A DNA stretch of 64,000 bases from Glaucostegus cemiculus. Lineage: Eukaryota. How positions within the stretch are numbered: the stretch's first letter is position 1; each line of letters opens with the position of its first letter. The DNA lies in NCBI GenBank assembly GCA_976551045.1, contig CDPCPM010000104.1, forward strand, positions 1,736,001-1,800,000, given 5' to 3'. Both the position numbers and the translations under genes were made by a program. The notes below the pieces were generated by a model. It made no database searches. It had not been told where the DNA came from and saw only the letters and a program-made list of their open reading frames with translations. Shown here piece by piece: positions 48,051 to 61,727 of this stretch.

Positions 48051-48917
48051 TGTTCTATCCAAGTAGAACTTTGCCAAACTGACTTTCCACTGCAGAGTTA
48101 AATGATAGTCATTTCTCTCCATCCACACCACAATCTTATAGAAAAGCTCAGGAGGTGCCTCATCTTGCCTGCACGTGTCACACCTCTTAAACAAGATACT
48201 TCCAATCAGGGTTACAGTTTTAGTCATGATTACCATCAGTGGTCCTTATTGTTGCTACGCTGTTATTTACAGGTATTGCAAACACAAACTATTTTTAGTC
48301 ATGTCCCTGAACAAATTGCTCTGTTCTAAGCTCTGGGAAAGCGCACGCAATCCATTGTTTATTGTACACTCATCTCCACTCATTTGGAATAGATCAAGTC
48401 TCATGCAGCCATCAATTACAAACTAAGGCCAACCAGTTGACATTAGCTCTCAGATGACTGCCAGAGAGAAATCCAGTATATGCATATTTGTGTGTTATTC
48501 TCCATGTTTCCCACAAAGGTCAGCAAGTTCATGTGGGCAAAGGCTTGCTTTGAAATAAGCCAAAATTTTGAGATGGTCTGATTTATTTTTTTGAACTTGT
48601 TGAGGCTAATATGAAATTCTGTGTCATGAAAGATTAAGACTTGGACTAAAGTTCAACTGTGTAAATATATTGAGTGTAGTTTATTCAACAGGGTAAGAGT
48701 TATATATTGCGTAACCACATGCTTTTCAAAAATAAACATTTGAATTGAACCCCACCCTATTATAAATCATCCTGATTCATTGCTGTTTAGATATTTCATA
48801 GAGCATCTGGACAGAAGCTTTCTTCTTCAGGATTTCATCACTTCAAGGTGAGAAGCTGAGTGGACTGTAACTAAAAACACAGTGAACTTTCACCATACTT
48901 AACACTGGAAAAATCGC

Positions 48918-49245
48918 ATAAGAAGAGGAAGAGGACATTCAATCTCTTGAGATTCTTCCATTATTTAATTAGATCATAGCTGATCTATATCTGAAAAAAT
49001 TGTAACCAACTTAGTGCCCTATCTCCTAAAAACTGAGGTAAATATATTACTTGTTAAGTTTCCAGTTTTACTAGCCTCATGAACCTTTTGTGGTGAAAGT
49101 GCCAAATTTCCACTTCCTATTGAGTGAGGAAATGTTATTTGAATAGCTTAGACCTAACCTTATGAGTTTATCCATTTGTTCTGGACTGGCACCACCAGAA
49201 GAAATAGTTTCTCTCCCTCCACCCTATCACAACCTTTAATCAAAT
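48918..49245 (-). mobile_element. Old CR1 3' fragment
   Basis: ataagaagaggaagaggacattc..aattagatcatagctgatct..ccaaatttccact..accaccagaagaaatagtttctctc. Confidence 0.65.
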
Positions 49246-52200
49246 TTTTCTCCAACAGCGAGTGCAATACAGAGGTAGTGTGGATGCTGGAATGATTCAC
49301 TCCCGTTTAATCCTGCATGTAAAATTCCTGTATGTGTTTGATGATTTCTGTACCTGATAAGGACATGGCAGAGCCTGTTGCACTCAAACGTGCACCAAGA
49401 GCTCTGAGTGTGACAGGGTGACCCGCTTCCTGGTCCAACTCACTTCAAGGCTATGGTTTGAAGACAAACAGACAAGCTGCTGACACCAAAATAAGTCTTT
49501 ATACTTGGCATTTTGAATAAAGAATTATTCTATAATTATTTGCAAAGTTCTTTAATATTTTCCATTTATTAAAGGAGGCCATGTTTAATGATGCCCTATC
49601 CATTCTTTTGCTATACAGTGTATTTCTAGATGAATTTAATAAGTTTGTGGCAAGTGAGGAAATAATCAAAAACCTCATTATCAGATCTGGAACTTATTTG
49701 TTCATCTGTATACTAATCCGTTCCACAGTGAATTAAATTATTCGGTTCCTGACTGTGTATGTCATTTGGAATATAAAGAAAAGCCTCACAGTCAATATAC
49801 CACCGTGTTTTACATATTTTCCCTTTTAATGATTCATTAATTTTCTGTGCAGATGATGAAGTGGCCTCCCCATCAAATGTCATTCACTGCTTATTGGTAG
49901 GACACTCACTGAGGAATGACCATGAGCTAAATAGAAAATCATTTGGAGGTCTCTTTCATGAACGAGATCTTCAAACTTCCAATAACAACATTATGCGGCT
50001 CAGTTCATTTATACCTTAAAGTTTTTTGAAGGAGTGCTCAGAGGCAAATCAAATGGAATTCAAGCACCCTCACCATATCTTGATATCTGGTGCATGAGGT
50101 AAACACTTAAACAAATCTTTATCTCCATCTGGAGTTAAATATTGCAGACAGAGAGGGAAAGGAAGGGAAAATGATGCTGGAAAGATCTCAAGTCATCCAG
50201 CAGCTACTCACACAGAGGCAGCTATTCTTTCGATATATAACCTACTAAGGAGAGGGAGGGGGCATTGCGGCTAATTCAGCATTCCTGTAGGATTATTGGC
50301 TCCCCTTGGCACATTGTGCCTTGTTACTGGAAATAGTGCTCTTGACTAATGGTAGTCTTAGAAGAAATAATAGACGTTTCAAAAGCCAGGTTCAGGAAGG
50401 AAGAAGTGGGAGCTTCAGCTCACCTCTTCGTAAAGGCAATGCTGCAAAAAACATCAACCTCATCAGGACGAATGAGATCCAAGTCTTTCCAAGTGATGCA
50501 AGCTTAAAAAAAAGACTTCATTCCAAACCTTCCACATAATGCATAAGAAGTGATAGATCAATGAAGATTGGGAGGAGTGGGCTTACTTCTAACTCCAGTT
50601 CTTGTTATTTTTGGAGAACAACTACATTTTTAGAAAAAACAGTTGCCAGTAACTAAATGTAAATCAGACCACACGAGTAACATTAAAACATTACCACAGT
50701 TAGTCCCTTAAATATCTATCAACCTCAAAGAGATGATATCCCAGATTTCTTGGACAAACAGCTGGCAGAGTTTAAGTCCTCCAGCACTTCAGGCAAAAGA
50801 GAAAAGCCTCCATGAAAAAGGTCTTTCAGGATGAAATGCTTCTTTGTGAATACTGAGGATTACACATTTTCGATCATAAGGTTTTGAGAGCAAATTTGTT
50901 CGTAGTTTGGGAAATCCTCCAATTTCTTTTAACTTGATTCTACTTCGAAATAATTTAATTTTGTGTGCAGTTTTCAAGGTTTTGTTCTCCAATTTTACAT
51001 TCTCCTCATCCTTTCTCCTTTAGTGGCTTTTATTTGTTGCTGAAAAACAACAATTTTATTCCTTCTCTGTACGCAAAATGTCTTGGGCCATTATTAGTGC
51101 TGTAAGTGTTATATGAATACAAGGTGTTAATATTGTTACTGTTGTTTGGAGGCTCTGTCACTGCTCCCTTGCCACTGTGTTAAAATACCTTTGTGCAAAG
51201 AGCTGATTAGCAAAGTGTAAGGTAGTGGAAACCAACCTGTACTTATGGGTAAAACACACCTTGCTTCTGCTCTCCAATGCATCAATCAGCCACCTTGGCT
51301 GACATTAGAAACCTATTTCTGTCAAATTTGTATGCTACCTCATTACACCAAAGAAAACTAAATTCCGCCGCCTTGTTTAAAAATAACTCTGTACTTATTT
51401 AAAATCACTTAATTGGTTCAAGCAATGTCCTGCAGTGAAAATATTTCAACATATGTTTCCACAGCTGAAACAAATATTCCACTTCTGCAATCATTACTGG
51501 GGCCTGATCACTGTCTTCCACTATCTTTCCAACGACTATCAAAAGGTGAGAAAATGTGGGTTGCAGGATGGTGCAGGTGGTTTAAAAATCTGGTTGTCTA
51601 GCTGCACCATGAAAGGTCATCCTCAATACGCCTGAGCAAGAAAAAATCCTAGCAGACCCACCTTCTGCATATTTTATATAAATCACTTGTGATAAATAGA
51701 ACCATTACTCACTGTAATTTTCCAAGATGTAACTTCTGCTGTGTTTGAAATTTATAAAAGGTTACTGATAACATATTTAAAATCCCAACGCAATATCAAC
51801 CAGCATTATCCTCACTGCAAAGCAATTATCTATTTAAATACAACATATTATGCATTTGAAATTTTGCTGTAAGTATTGTTACTGACATAGTAATTGTTTT
51901 AGGAATTATCATCACTATCAGGAGTCGTTGTGTGGTGCCAAATGACATCAGTATAGCTCCAAGTCACAACCTTCGTGACCTTATCATTGTAGATTTGCAA
52001 GGAGATGGCTAAATTGCGTTTGGTCTGTTGTGTACAATCAGTGTGCTGGTGCTCAGGCGAGAGAAGTTCACTTAAACTGAGCTGCATTTTGATGTGCGAC
52101 AAATAACACTAAAAGACATTTTTTTTACAAATCTGATAATGAAAACAGAAACCAGCATAAGTTGAACAAAATGTCATCTTGTTGCCAGTCTCATTCAGTA

Positions 52201-54489
52201 TCAGTTACTTTTTCTGCAGCTGAGCAACTTCTGTATTAAATTTACAATTTCCATTGACCTAATTCCCCCAGCCAACATATAATAAAGTCTAGAACCTATT
52301 GTAGGGACAAATACATTCAATTGTTTTAGTAAAAGATTTATCTTATTTTCAAAATAAATCAGAATAAAAAAAAACAGGCTCAAGTGAAGCTTCTTCGCCT
52401 CCAAATCTTCCCTGTGCATTTCACATTCTATTGAGAAATAAGACAAGTGAGATGTGTTATCGTATCACCCATCCGCCTGGATTTGGGAAATTTAGCTGAT
52501 GCAAAACAAGGCATTAATTTGGAGAGGCCCTAGCTACTTACAATGCTTAGTATTCTGACAATGATGAATGGCATCATTCGAAGCAAATGGTAATTTCACT
52601 TTTTTGTGACAGTACTTTAGAGTAAAACCGACTCTCACTGCACAAAGCATTTGCAATCCCATTGAAATAAAGCTGTACCTGAATATCAGAAATCCTTCAT
52701 TGTTAACTATCATCTGATATTCTTGATTGGCTTTGCACTAAAGTTTTGGAGATGAATTAAGAGGAACGGAGGTTAAGTCCTAACCTTGAAAGATTTAACA
52801 TCTATTGAAATACTGTCTTAAGTCCCTCCTTGTTTTGCATTTGCCAAACTTTCAAATTCAATGAGGGAGGGCTAAACACAAAACATGTCACATTCATCAA
52901 GTGAATCTGCTGAGAAGACAGCTAAAGGAAAATGTATTAAAAAAAAGAGAGGTGGAAAAAAAGCATAATCTATTGCTGTGTCTGTGGGGGTAGCTGCAGA
53001 GTGGGTGAGATTGGGGTAATGTTAGCACCAAGCATTTCAGGAAGGAATAATGACACCCTGTAGAGCAGACTGAGGAATTGATGAGAATATTGTGCTTTAG
53101 GAAAGCCTTTATTGCTGGGTTAGCAAAGAGATGAAACTCCCCTTTCTACTTACACTAGCACAAATTGCACAAACACTTATATGTCCTTGTAAGCTTACCG
53201 AAAGCAAGAATTCCTTCTTCTTCTGTAGTAAAGACAGAATATGAACTGTATCTTCAGCTCTTTTATATCCTACATCAAGGCATGAATCCACCACCAGTTG
53301 TTTGTTTTTAACCGTCACACCCTAACCAGTCCAATCTACATTAATAAGCATGGCTACCACCAAGGCAGCTGGCTGAAATGCTCTTGCTTCCTTTCCAAGG
53401 CCAAATGAAGCTACGTCACCTTTACTCAGATTTGCTGCATCTCCAATTTTTGAGGAAATTGCAATACTGAAATGGGGAAAAATAAGTTGTTTAGCAGATT
53501 GTGTTTCTACCCAAACTGATATTTCAGCCAATTAAAAGAAACCATACAAACATCTAACATGTTCATTTGAAACTCCATTCTCTACTAATTTTAGCTGCAG
53601 TGTTAATCAATTTATTTTACAAAGCTAACTCATCTCTGCTAAAATGGCAGACAGAGGAATTTTTGACGGCCACATTTAAGTGTTCTTATACTTTAATATC
53701 ATCCTGTAATGTCAATGGCCCTTTTTCAAGGTAAAACTAACCCTGTTGTCAAAAGCGCGGGTGGAAACCATCAACTTTGGTGGTACTGACTGCCTCCGCT
53801 TTCCAGTACACTAGAGGTATTACATTACCTGTTCACTGCCAACTTCAGCAGTACTGTCAACGGCAAACTGGTAGAGTAAATGGCGGTAACTAGATACTTA
53901 TCCAGCTGGAGAGGTGAAATTTTGGCTTCAGCAGAAAATACTCCTTAAACTTTCAGGACTTTTGCTCTGTGTATTCTATTCTTTCAAGCTGCTGTGTATG
54001 TACTGCATAGGAGCTTAAAATTATTGACACCAAAGCAGCAGCACACAAGATGAAAAAGTCATTTCTTAACTAAGTGAGAATTCAACATATTGTTGCAAAA
54101 TGATACCAATTACATTTAGCATAAAGTGATTTGTTTCTGTATTAGAATTTGCACATGTGAAAGGATGGATTGCTATTAGACCGTGCAATATTGGAATGTA
54201 CAGCCTTACACTGGCTTTTATTATTTCATAAGTTTCAGAACCCAAAATTCCTCTGAGAAAGATCTTTTTTTTTACCTGCTTGACCAAAACCAGACACTGA
54301 AAAGTGAAAGCAGCGTAAATTCTATTGAGCAGATTGAATGACATATTAAGAAATCTAATAAACCATTGGCTCGCATGGCATTAGTCATGGTAAAGCGAAG
54401 GATATGAACTGGAGTGTTATAACAAGGTATTATCCTCTTGTAAGGATGGATCAATGTCCCCTTAAGGCTACAAGGTTGGCATTAAGTAA

Positions 54490-55048
54490 GAAAAGAGAAT
54501 GAATTTGCATTTCTACAGCACCTTCCACAATGCTTTTTAGGATGTCCTGAAGTGCTTTTTAGCCAATCAAGTTCTTTTTGAAGTGTGGTCATTGTGGTAA
54601 TGTAAGAAATGTCCCACAAACAGCAATGTGATGAAAGTATACTTTTGTTGTGCGAGGTAAACATGCCACATCGGATTATGCACATTGAACTTTGTTGCAA
54701 ACAATTTGAGCTCCATGTAAGCTTTATTACAGAATCACTTTAAGATGATGCAACAGAGGATGTACTTTATATTTTTTAGTGATAATTTTTGGGGACTAAT
54801 ATTGCCTTTGGGATACAGTACTTCTCTTTTGCATACTTTTCTTCAGTTTGAGCCATGGTATCTTTCACATGCACCTGATATGGCTGACAAAGCCTCAGGT
54901 TTAATATCCAATCTAAAAGGCAACACATTTGATAGTGCACCATCCTCTCAGTACTGCATTCAGAGCATCAGCTCAGGTTTCTAGGATAGGGCCTAAACAC
55001 TTAACCTTTGAACTTAAAGGCAAAAATACTACCTCAGAGCCACAGATG
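54490..55048 (-). mobile_element. DeuSINE (SacSINE1/AmnSINE1-like) with a ~120-bp internal insert
   Basis: Reverse Deu domain: catcctctcagtactgca, gcctcaggtttaatatc, gccatggtatctttcacatgcacctga; L2-type tail ttgcatttctacagcaccttccacaa..ggatgtcctgaagtgcttt. Confidence 0.8.
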
Positions 55049-55234
55049 GATCTATAGAGAAAGGCCCAAAGTAAACTGGAATTTAATTGTTGTTTATAGA
55101 ATAAATTGCACTCCTAATCCATTAGATTTTCTTTTTCTCTTTAAAAAAATGTTTTTACACCTGTGGCCCAAGTTTGCCTAGGAATTCATACTGAGCCATT
55201 AGAGCTAGACCCATTGTACAATGGCATCCAATGC

Positions 55235-55288
55235 TCTGCCTCCAAAATTCAGTTCATTGACTTCAAAGGAATGAATTTCAGAGGCAGA
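55235..55288. repeat. Short hairpin (MITE-like core)
   Basis: tctgcctc..aaattca..cattgacttcaaag..tgaattt..gaggcaga. Confidence 0.6.
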
Positions 55289-55739
55289 AAACAACCCACT
55301 GATGTAGTTATAAACTGTACTTAGAGATACTGACCAGCACCCTATTCTGGGCAATGATATCTTAATTATGGAATACAAAGGTTATAAAACATGACACTGT
55401 TTTTGGATGTACAGTATAGCTTGTCTTATGTCTCAACAAGATCATTTGAGATTAGTATGAAATGCATGCTCTGGACTCTTGTGATCTTGTGATCTCCCTG
55501 GAGGCTAAACTGGGTCATACGTGGGTACAAGGATCAGTCGAATGTTTATGCACGCTCATTGATAAAATGAAGGCAGAATGCTACATTCATGCTTCTGGCT
55601 CAATATAGTTAGGTAGCCTGCACTACTTGTGATGTTCTTTGACACCAAGTAGCAGCAGCACAGAGCCTGATATTGTAACTTGCTAGTACCAGTGAAAGCT
55701 AGCCTGCATTATGTAAAAACAAGTTACATTTGGTGGCCA

Positions 55740-57420
55740 AATGCTTGCAGTGGCCGATGAAGTGAGTCTGGTCTGGGAGACAGTAAAGAATAGCACACCA
55801 TGCAAGGATGCAGGCTTCAGGGATTTAGTACATTACACTAGACACCATGGTGGAGGAAGTGTGGAGGAGGACAGGTGTCCTGCATCTGTATGGGGACCAG
55901 ATGATCTGGATATATGGTCTAAATGACCACAAGTCAACCCTGAGTCTTTCACAAGAAGAGCGACTTCATGTGAGTAGTCCGAGTCTCTGTGTTTCCAAAT
56001 GCTATGTGCCACTGCATTTTGTCCAAGAACTGTGCAGCCACATAACCCACCTACCACTCGATATGTACCCAACACTGATATACTTCCCTCCTGTTGCACA
56101 CCCTGCACTGGTATCTGTCACGCATCTCCAACTGTCAGCTGTTCAACCACAACAGCCACGTCACCCAAATATAGTACAAGAAATTCACTGACATGTGAAC
56201 TGCTGTGTTGCAAAAAAACTGGAAGAGTTAAGACGAGGCATAGAGTGAACGGCACCTGTTCAAGCCTCCAAAGAGCCACTGCTGGGACAGTGAAACCAAT
56301 GCTAAGGACATGGCTGGTGGCAGGGTTGAAACAATCAGAAGTGATGATATCCCCTTATTTCACCTTAATCTCATTCAATGATAAATTCTGATTTACTAAT
56401 GCAAATGGTATTAGCGTAGATCTTTTGCTTTGCACACTCCTTTAACTACAACCCTACCCATCTGCCTTTCTCCTTTCAGACACCTGGGAGGTACCACCTA
56501 GCCAGGCGTCGATGAAACAGCAAGAAGAGGGTGATGGGAAAGAAAAGCCAACACTTTGGATTTCCAGTTCAATTAGTAGCACCACATGTCACTTCAAGGA
56601 GAGACAGATTGTTCAGGCCAAGCCAATGGGCTTGTGGCCAGAGTCTGGGGACATAGCCTGTCATCAGGTCATAAAGTAAGGATATTTCAGGGCTAATGTC
56701 TCTGAGGGCAAGAATATATAAGCTCCACAATGGAGAGCTCTAATGCAGGCTTTGATGGGACAACTGACAAAAACCCCAGATGGGTGTGCAGATTAAAATG
56801 CTTGGAGAATTGTGAGGTCTGAGAGGTCACCTGTATTCATTGTCACAATGCATAGAGGAGTTCAGCATCAACTCTGTACATCTGAGGAACCAAGTGTGAT
56901 GTAGTGTCTGATCTTCCAGCTTCCACTGCTGCACCAGCACCAGCCATGCACTAGTGGAAACTCAGACTGGTGTCCTGAGGAATCACTCAGCTCAGAGTGC
57001 TGCCATCACGGCTGCAGATTTCCATGATCAAATGGAGCTCCTAGTCAGGAATCTGGCCTCCGGCCGATTACAGGGATTGTTGAAAGTGAATGGAACTGGG
57101 TCCATGGACTGTCCTCTCCCACACTGACAGCATTTGTATTCTCCCACCAGTGCACTTGATGTTGTAGGTCAGCCTGAAATCACTACATCACTGTTGTGCC
57201 CTCTAGTCCCAGATCAGCTCAAGGTGTCTCTTTAAAACCATCTGCAATCTCCTCCACTGAAAGTCAATGACCTCCTGCCAGCCAGGATGCTGCCTGTTTG
57301 GACCACGGCTCCGGTGGGAGGGGGGACAACACTGAGCTAATGGACAAAGGAGCAAAGTCATAAAGGGGATGCACAAAGAGGAATTATTTGTTTTCATGTG
57401 CAATATGGCACCCTAAATGT
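55740..57420 (+). pseudogene. Decayed multi-exon Myb/SANT-like gene of a Harbinger element
   Basis: TLDTMVEEVWRRTGVL parallels LESLVEEGQRRKDVI at 16123; acceptor tctcctttcag at 56479; later MAGGRVETIRSD-like segment. Confidence 0.55.
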
Positions 57421-57503
57421 GGTTTATAATATGTAATTTGTGGTGGCTTTTATTTCTACACAGAATTTAGGTGGATGATCAGTGAAAGATAAAGTGTAGA
57501 ACT

Positions 57504-57728
57504 CTAATAGGAGGAGAAAATGAAATTGTCAGCAGTGCATTTTACTCTGATAGGAAGTTCCTGGATGATAAGCAGGTGTGTAGGTGGCCTCCTTCCTTCC
57601 TCTTCCACAAGTGGAACACACTGCTGGCAGAAGAAATCTGCCTGGAACAGAGGCAGGGACATGGTGTGGTTGGGAGTGGGGTGAAGTGATAGCAGCCAGC
57701 TGACAGGTAACCTCCACCCACCCCCCAT
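57504..57728 (-). pseudogene. Possible C-terminal remnant of a Harbinger transposase, convergent with the Myb-like gene
   Basis: EEEGRRPP..LLIIQELPIR resembles the acidic tail and terminal helix of HARBI1-like proteins. Confidence 0.35.
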
Positions 57729-57974
57729 CTAGTCATTAAACACATTAAAGCAGCATGTATTTATGGCCCCTCTACAAGCTATAATATCTAAATTCCTGTA
57801 CATTTCCTGACCAGCAACTATCCTGTAAGTAGTTAATGATGACCTTAAACCATACTAGCTTTTGGGGATGGGGTGGAGTGGGTGTTGTGCAGGTAGAAAG
57901 GTGTTGGTGATGGGGGTGTCCTTCCTACTGCTTGATATCTGTTGAGCTGTAAGAGAGGGCAAACCAGCTCTGTT

Positions 57975-58135
57975 GTTTTTTTAATATGTATTCATTGAGG
58001 GGATGTAGGCTTTGCAGGCTGAGCCATAATTGCCCATCCCACTTTCCCCTTGAGAAGGTGGTAGTGAGCTGCCTGCATGAATTGTAGTCCTTGAGGCATG
58101 GGTAGATCCTCAATGCTGTTAGGGAGCATGGTGCC
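57975..58135 (-). mobile_element. Old LINE 3' terminus (best-preserved copy of the 6555 family)
   Basis: tattcattgaggggatgtaggc..ttgcccatccc..cccttgagaaggtggtagtgagctgcct..tgctgttagggag. Confidence 0.75.
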
Positions 58136-58218
58136 ACTGACAATAGTGGGACATTTCAGGTGGTTACACTGAAACAAAAAGTGCCTAGAACTTGAGGGAC
58201 TTTGACTCAGAGACAGTG

Positions 58219-58422
58219 AAAGATAAGATATAAGATGAGATATTTATTTATTAGTCACATGTACATCGAAACACACAGTGAAATGCATTTTTTTGTGTTA
58301 CTGGAAATGTACTGGGGGCAACCCACAAGTTTCGCCACTCGTTCGACACCAACGTAGCGTGCACACAACTCCTAACTTGTACGTCTTTTTGGAATGTGGG
58401 AGGAAACCAGAGCACTCAGGAT
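58219..58422 (-). mobile_element. 5'-truncated V-SINE with Rex1-type tail
   Basis: ttattagtcacatgtacatcgaaacacacagtgaaatgcat..ggaatgtgggaggaaaccagagcac; agata-repeat tail. Confidence 0.88.
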
Positions 58423-58819
58423 GATGTGTTGTACTCCTGAACAGCAAATTCGGTTCTCAAACTCTATCAATGGTACCCAAGCATTCGGCTGTATCAAGGG
58501 CATATTCTCACCCTCTGAATAGAATTTACTTGGAAATTGCATTCTGGTATTTCATGTCCTAGGTCTATCATTTCATTTGCTGAAACTTCTGGGAATGATC
58601 TTTTTTTACCGTCATATGGGACAGGGCTCACTTTTTGTTGCAGATAAACCTTGAGCTAACTGGTAACAAAATTAAAATTATGTCTTCACTCTTTGTACAC
58701 AGACAATGGAGACATCCACAGCTTTTGACTCAGTTGGTCCAAATCTGCAGTCAATTATAAACATGATGAAATTTTTAGCAAAAACAGAATATCCTTACCA
58801 GGCAAATTCTTTTACTGCC

Positions 58820-58870
58820 TGTTACTGTCCTCTTTCCAATTAGGGCTCTTATTGGAAGAGTGCAGTAACA
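58820..58870. repeat. Hairpin with about 20-bp arms
   Basis: tgttactgtcctctttccaat / attggaagagtgcagtaaca. Confidence 0.7.
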
Positions 58871-60199
58871 CTTAACGTTCATGTGATAATTATTCATCAT
58901 CAGACCACAAACTCCAATAATAATGCTCTAGGCATCCATTGAGAGACCACTGCAGCCCTAGTAGAAGAGTATTAGGTTCCCTGACCATGGGCTTTAAGAT
59001 GCCTCCTGAGAGTGGTTGACAGTACTGTTAAAATGCTGGATTCCCATTAAAAGTTATGGTAGAAGTGTTGTGGTAGAAGTAATGGATTATTGGAAAGTTC
59101 TGTTAATGCGGAATACTGAAGTGGCAAGGAGAATGTATAATGCAATCACTGGCGTAAGCTTGACACCACTTAATATAACTCTTAAACCTTACTACTCTGG
59201 CTCTGAGTCACCCCTGCCTCTTTTGGCACCACAATGAGAGTTTCCCTATTCGTCCTATCAACAACTTGACCTCCATTCACCTGGTGAGCCTACCATTTTC
59301 CCCATCCAACTCCGGATCTGGTGATATGATAGGATGCCAATGCACATTAATTAAGATACCCTTGCCTGCTTTTGGTGGGCATAGCAGCTTCCCACAGATT
59401 ACGTTGAAGGCAGCAGGATGGGAGTAAAAGCAACACAAATAATTCACCTGCAGGGAATGAATTGGTCAGCTGTCCTGACCCCATCGTTTGGGTAGGGTTA
59501 AAATCAATGGCCATTAGTATCAGTTTAGGTTAACTACATTGTACAAAGCTTTAATAATCATTGTCTCATGATCTTTCAATTAACTAATCAGCCTTCCAGA
59601 GTGAAATGGTGAGCTGAGTGTGAGAATGTTGAATACTCATGTCATTTTACAACCATAATAACAATATTCATTATTATTAGTCTTGAACTGCTAGTTCAAA
59701 CTACAGCATTAGCACAGCTACCCTCCAGTAAACCATTCTATTTCCCCTAAAGTTTTGGCAAGAAGGACCTCTGAATGGTTCCACCCAGAATAGTTGTTTG
59801 ATGTTTGATCTGATCAGGAATAAGCTTGGACTACAGCATGCCCACCTGAGAACGTGCTACCCCATTATGACTGGCAGTAGCACTGGTTCATGCCAATTCA
59901 AGTTCCAGGCACTTTATGTTTTGGTGGAAAGACCCAAGATGCCCCACTACTGTCAGTGGCTCCAGAAGACTGGGAGAGACCTGCCTTGGTGCATCTCCAC
60001 TGAAAGTAATAACTTGTCCCAAAAAGAATCCTAGAACTGAGGAGTTGGGAGGTATAGATTACAGCAGGGGGGAGTTTCTACCCATTCTCTGGAATGTCCT
60101 TGATCACATCTGAAATCTTGGGAGGATGCTCCAGAAAGTGTAATAGATGTGACCAAGGGTTTAAACTCAATGATGGACAAGGGAAGGAGCAAGGAGAAG

Positions 60200-60640
60200 T
60201 ACAACACAGGAGGCTACGGTCAGAGGAAAGGATAATTGGTGGGCAGACTTCTGCAGTGGTTACACGTATAGAGAAGGGCAAGGCTGCGGCTGATTTAGAC
60301 AGGAGGATGAAAATTTAAAATTCCAAGTATTGAGCACCTAGACCCAATATTTACATGAGTATCACTGTGATAGGCAAGTCAAGTTCACTACAGAATAGGG
60401 TTAAAGTTTTTCAGGAGCTGGAAAATATTATTGGTCAACCCATAAAGGCACAAATGAGTGTTTCAGCAGCAGATGTCCTGTGGTTGATTCTGGAGATGGA
60501 ATTAGGATATAGGGTTAGATGCTCTAGAATGAGCTGAATAGGCTGCTAAAGCTGAAAACAGTCTGGCTTCGTCTAAAACTATGAGGATGGATGATGGTGA
60601 GGATGAAGGAGGTCAAAGACGATGTCACAGGAGCAGTGGC
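60200..60640 (-). mobile_element. Degenerate L2 LINE ORF2 fragment
   Basis: Minus strand catctgctgctgaaacactcatttgtgccttt = SAAETLICAF; ttttaaattttcatcctcctg matches the L2 FKIL region. Confidence 0.6.
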
Positions 60641-61727
60641 AGGGTTGCAAGAGATGGTGATGTGGTGTATGCTATTGGATTTGATGACCCGTGACGTGAT
60701 GGTGCATTAATAGCTCTTTAAATTGTGTTCCCTCCCCATGTGATGCAATACTAGATTGGGAGGACTCGAAAAGGTTTTGCCACTGTGCACTGTATTTCCC
60801 AACAACCTCCACAGCTACATTTTTTAGCAGAGTTCAGAGATCAAAAAGGAGTTCACTGGACCAAATGACAATTAGTGTTGGCTTCCCATAGAGCATTCAG
60901 TTGTGTGTACCCTGGTGCCTCACAGAAGGACATCAGACTGAAGTTATATGAGGAATGAGGTTAGGGGTGGTAAACGAGGATTCCACCAATGGGATAAATT
61001 TTGAGGACATTGGGAGGAAATGCAAAACAAACATATTCAGGAAAAGAGTATTTCATTGAAAGTTTGCTATTCCATTGCCATTCCAGTTCCTGGAACACCC
61101 TCCTGAACTGATCCTGAGATTTCGGATGAGGTCAAGAATACTTCCAGGGAGTGTGCCAACATTCTCCCGGATCCTAATCCTCATTCCCCATCTCCACAAT
61201 GCTGTTATGGGAATCTGTTAGGACAATTTATTGCCCAAGGTGGAGAAACACCAAGGTAGGTCTCCCCACAACCTATTGGATTATTGGGTTTTCTATGGTA
61301 GAATAATGTAGAAGGGAGAAAATGCACAAATTGTTAAAGAAAATCTGAAAGAAATTTCAGAGGTTTAGAGGAATGAAGCAGTGCAGAGATATGAAGGTTA
61401 CTAATGTAATGAGAGACATACGAAAGTCACCAAGGATGAAGGAAATAGGCAAGGAGCTCCTAATGGATTAGACAAATTGAAGTTTATGCAAGAATGCAGC
61501 TCAAATGATGGCACTGAAGTTAGGGCAGGAGATGCAATGGTTTCTCTTGTAGGCTTCCAGAATGGATGACATTTTTGTATGGGCATGGGCTCCAGCATTA
61601 GGGAAGAGGAAGACAATGCATTAGTGTGGCATGACTGACTTCTCCTAAAAAGCTGTCACTTGGCTTAACAGAGCCTTTAAGTAGGAGGGAATCAGCGTTA
61701 GAATTCCAGTCAGAGATGCTAGTAATA

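Noticed and set aside
49841-49902. 44-nt micro-exon (tgtgcag/ATGATG...ATTG/gtagga)
   Set aside because: Weak donor, length not a multiple of three, no partner exons identified
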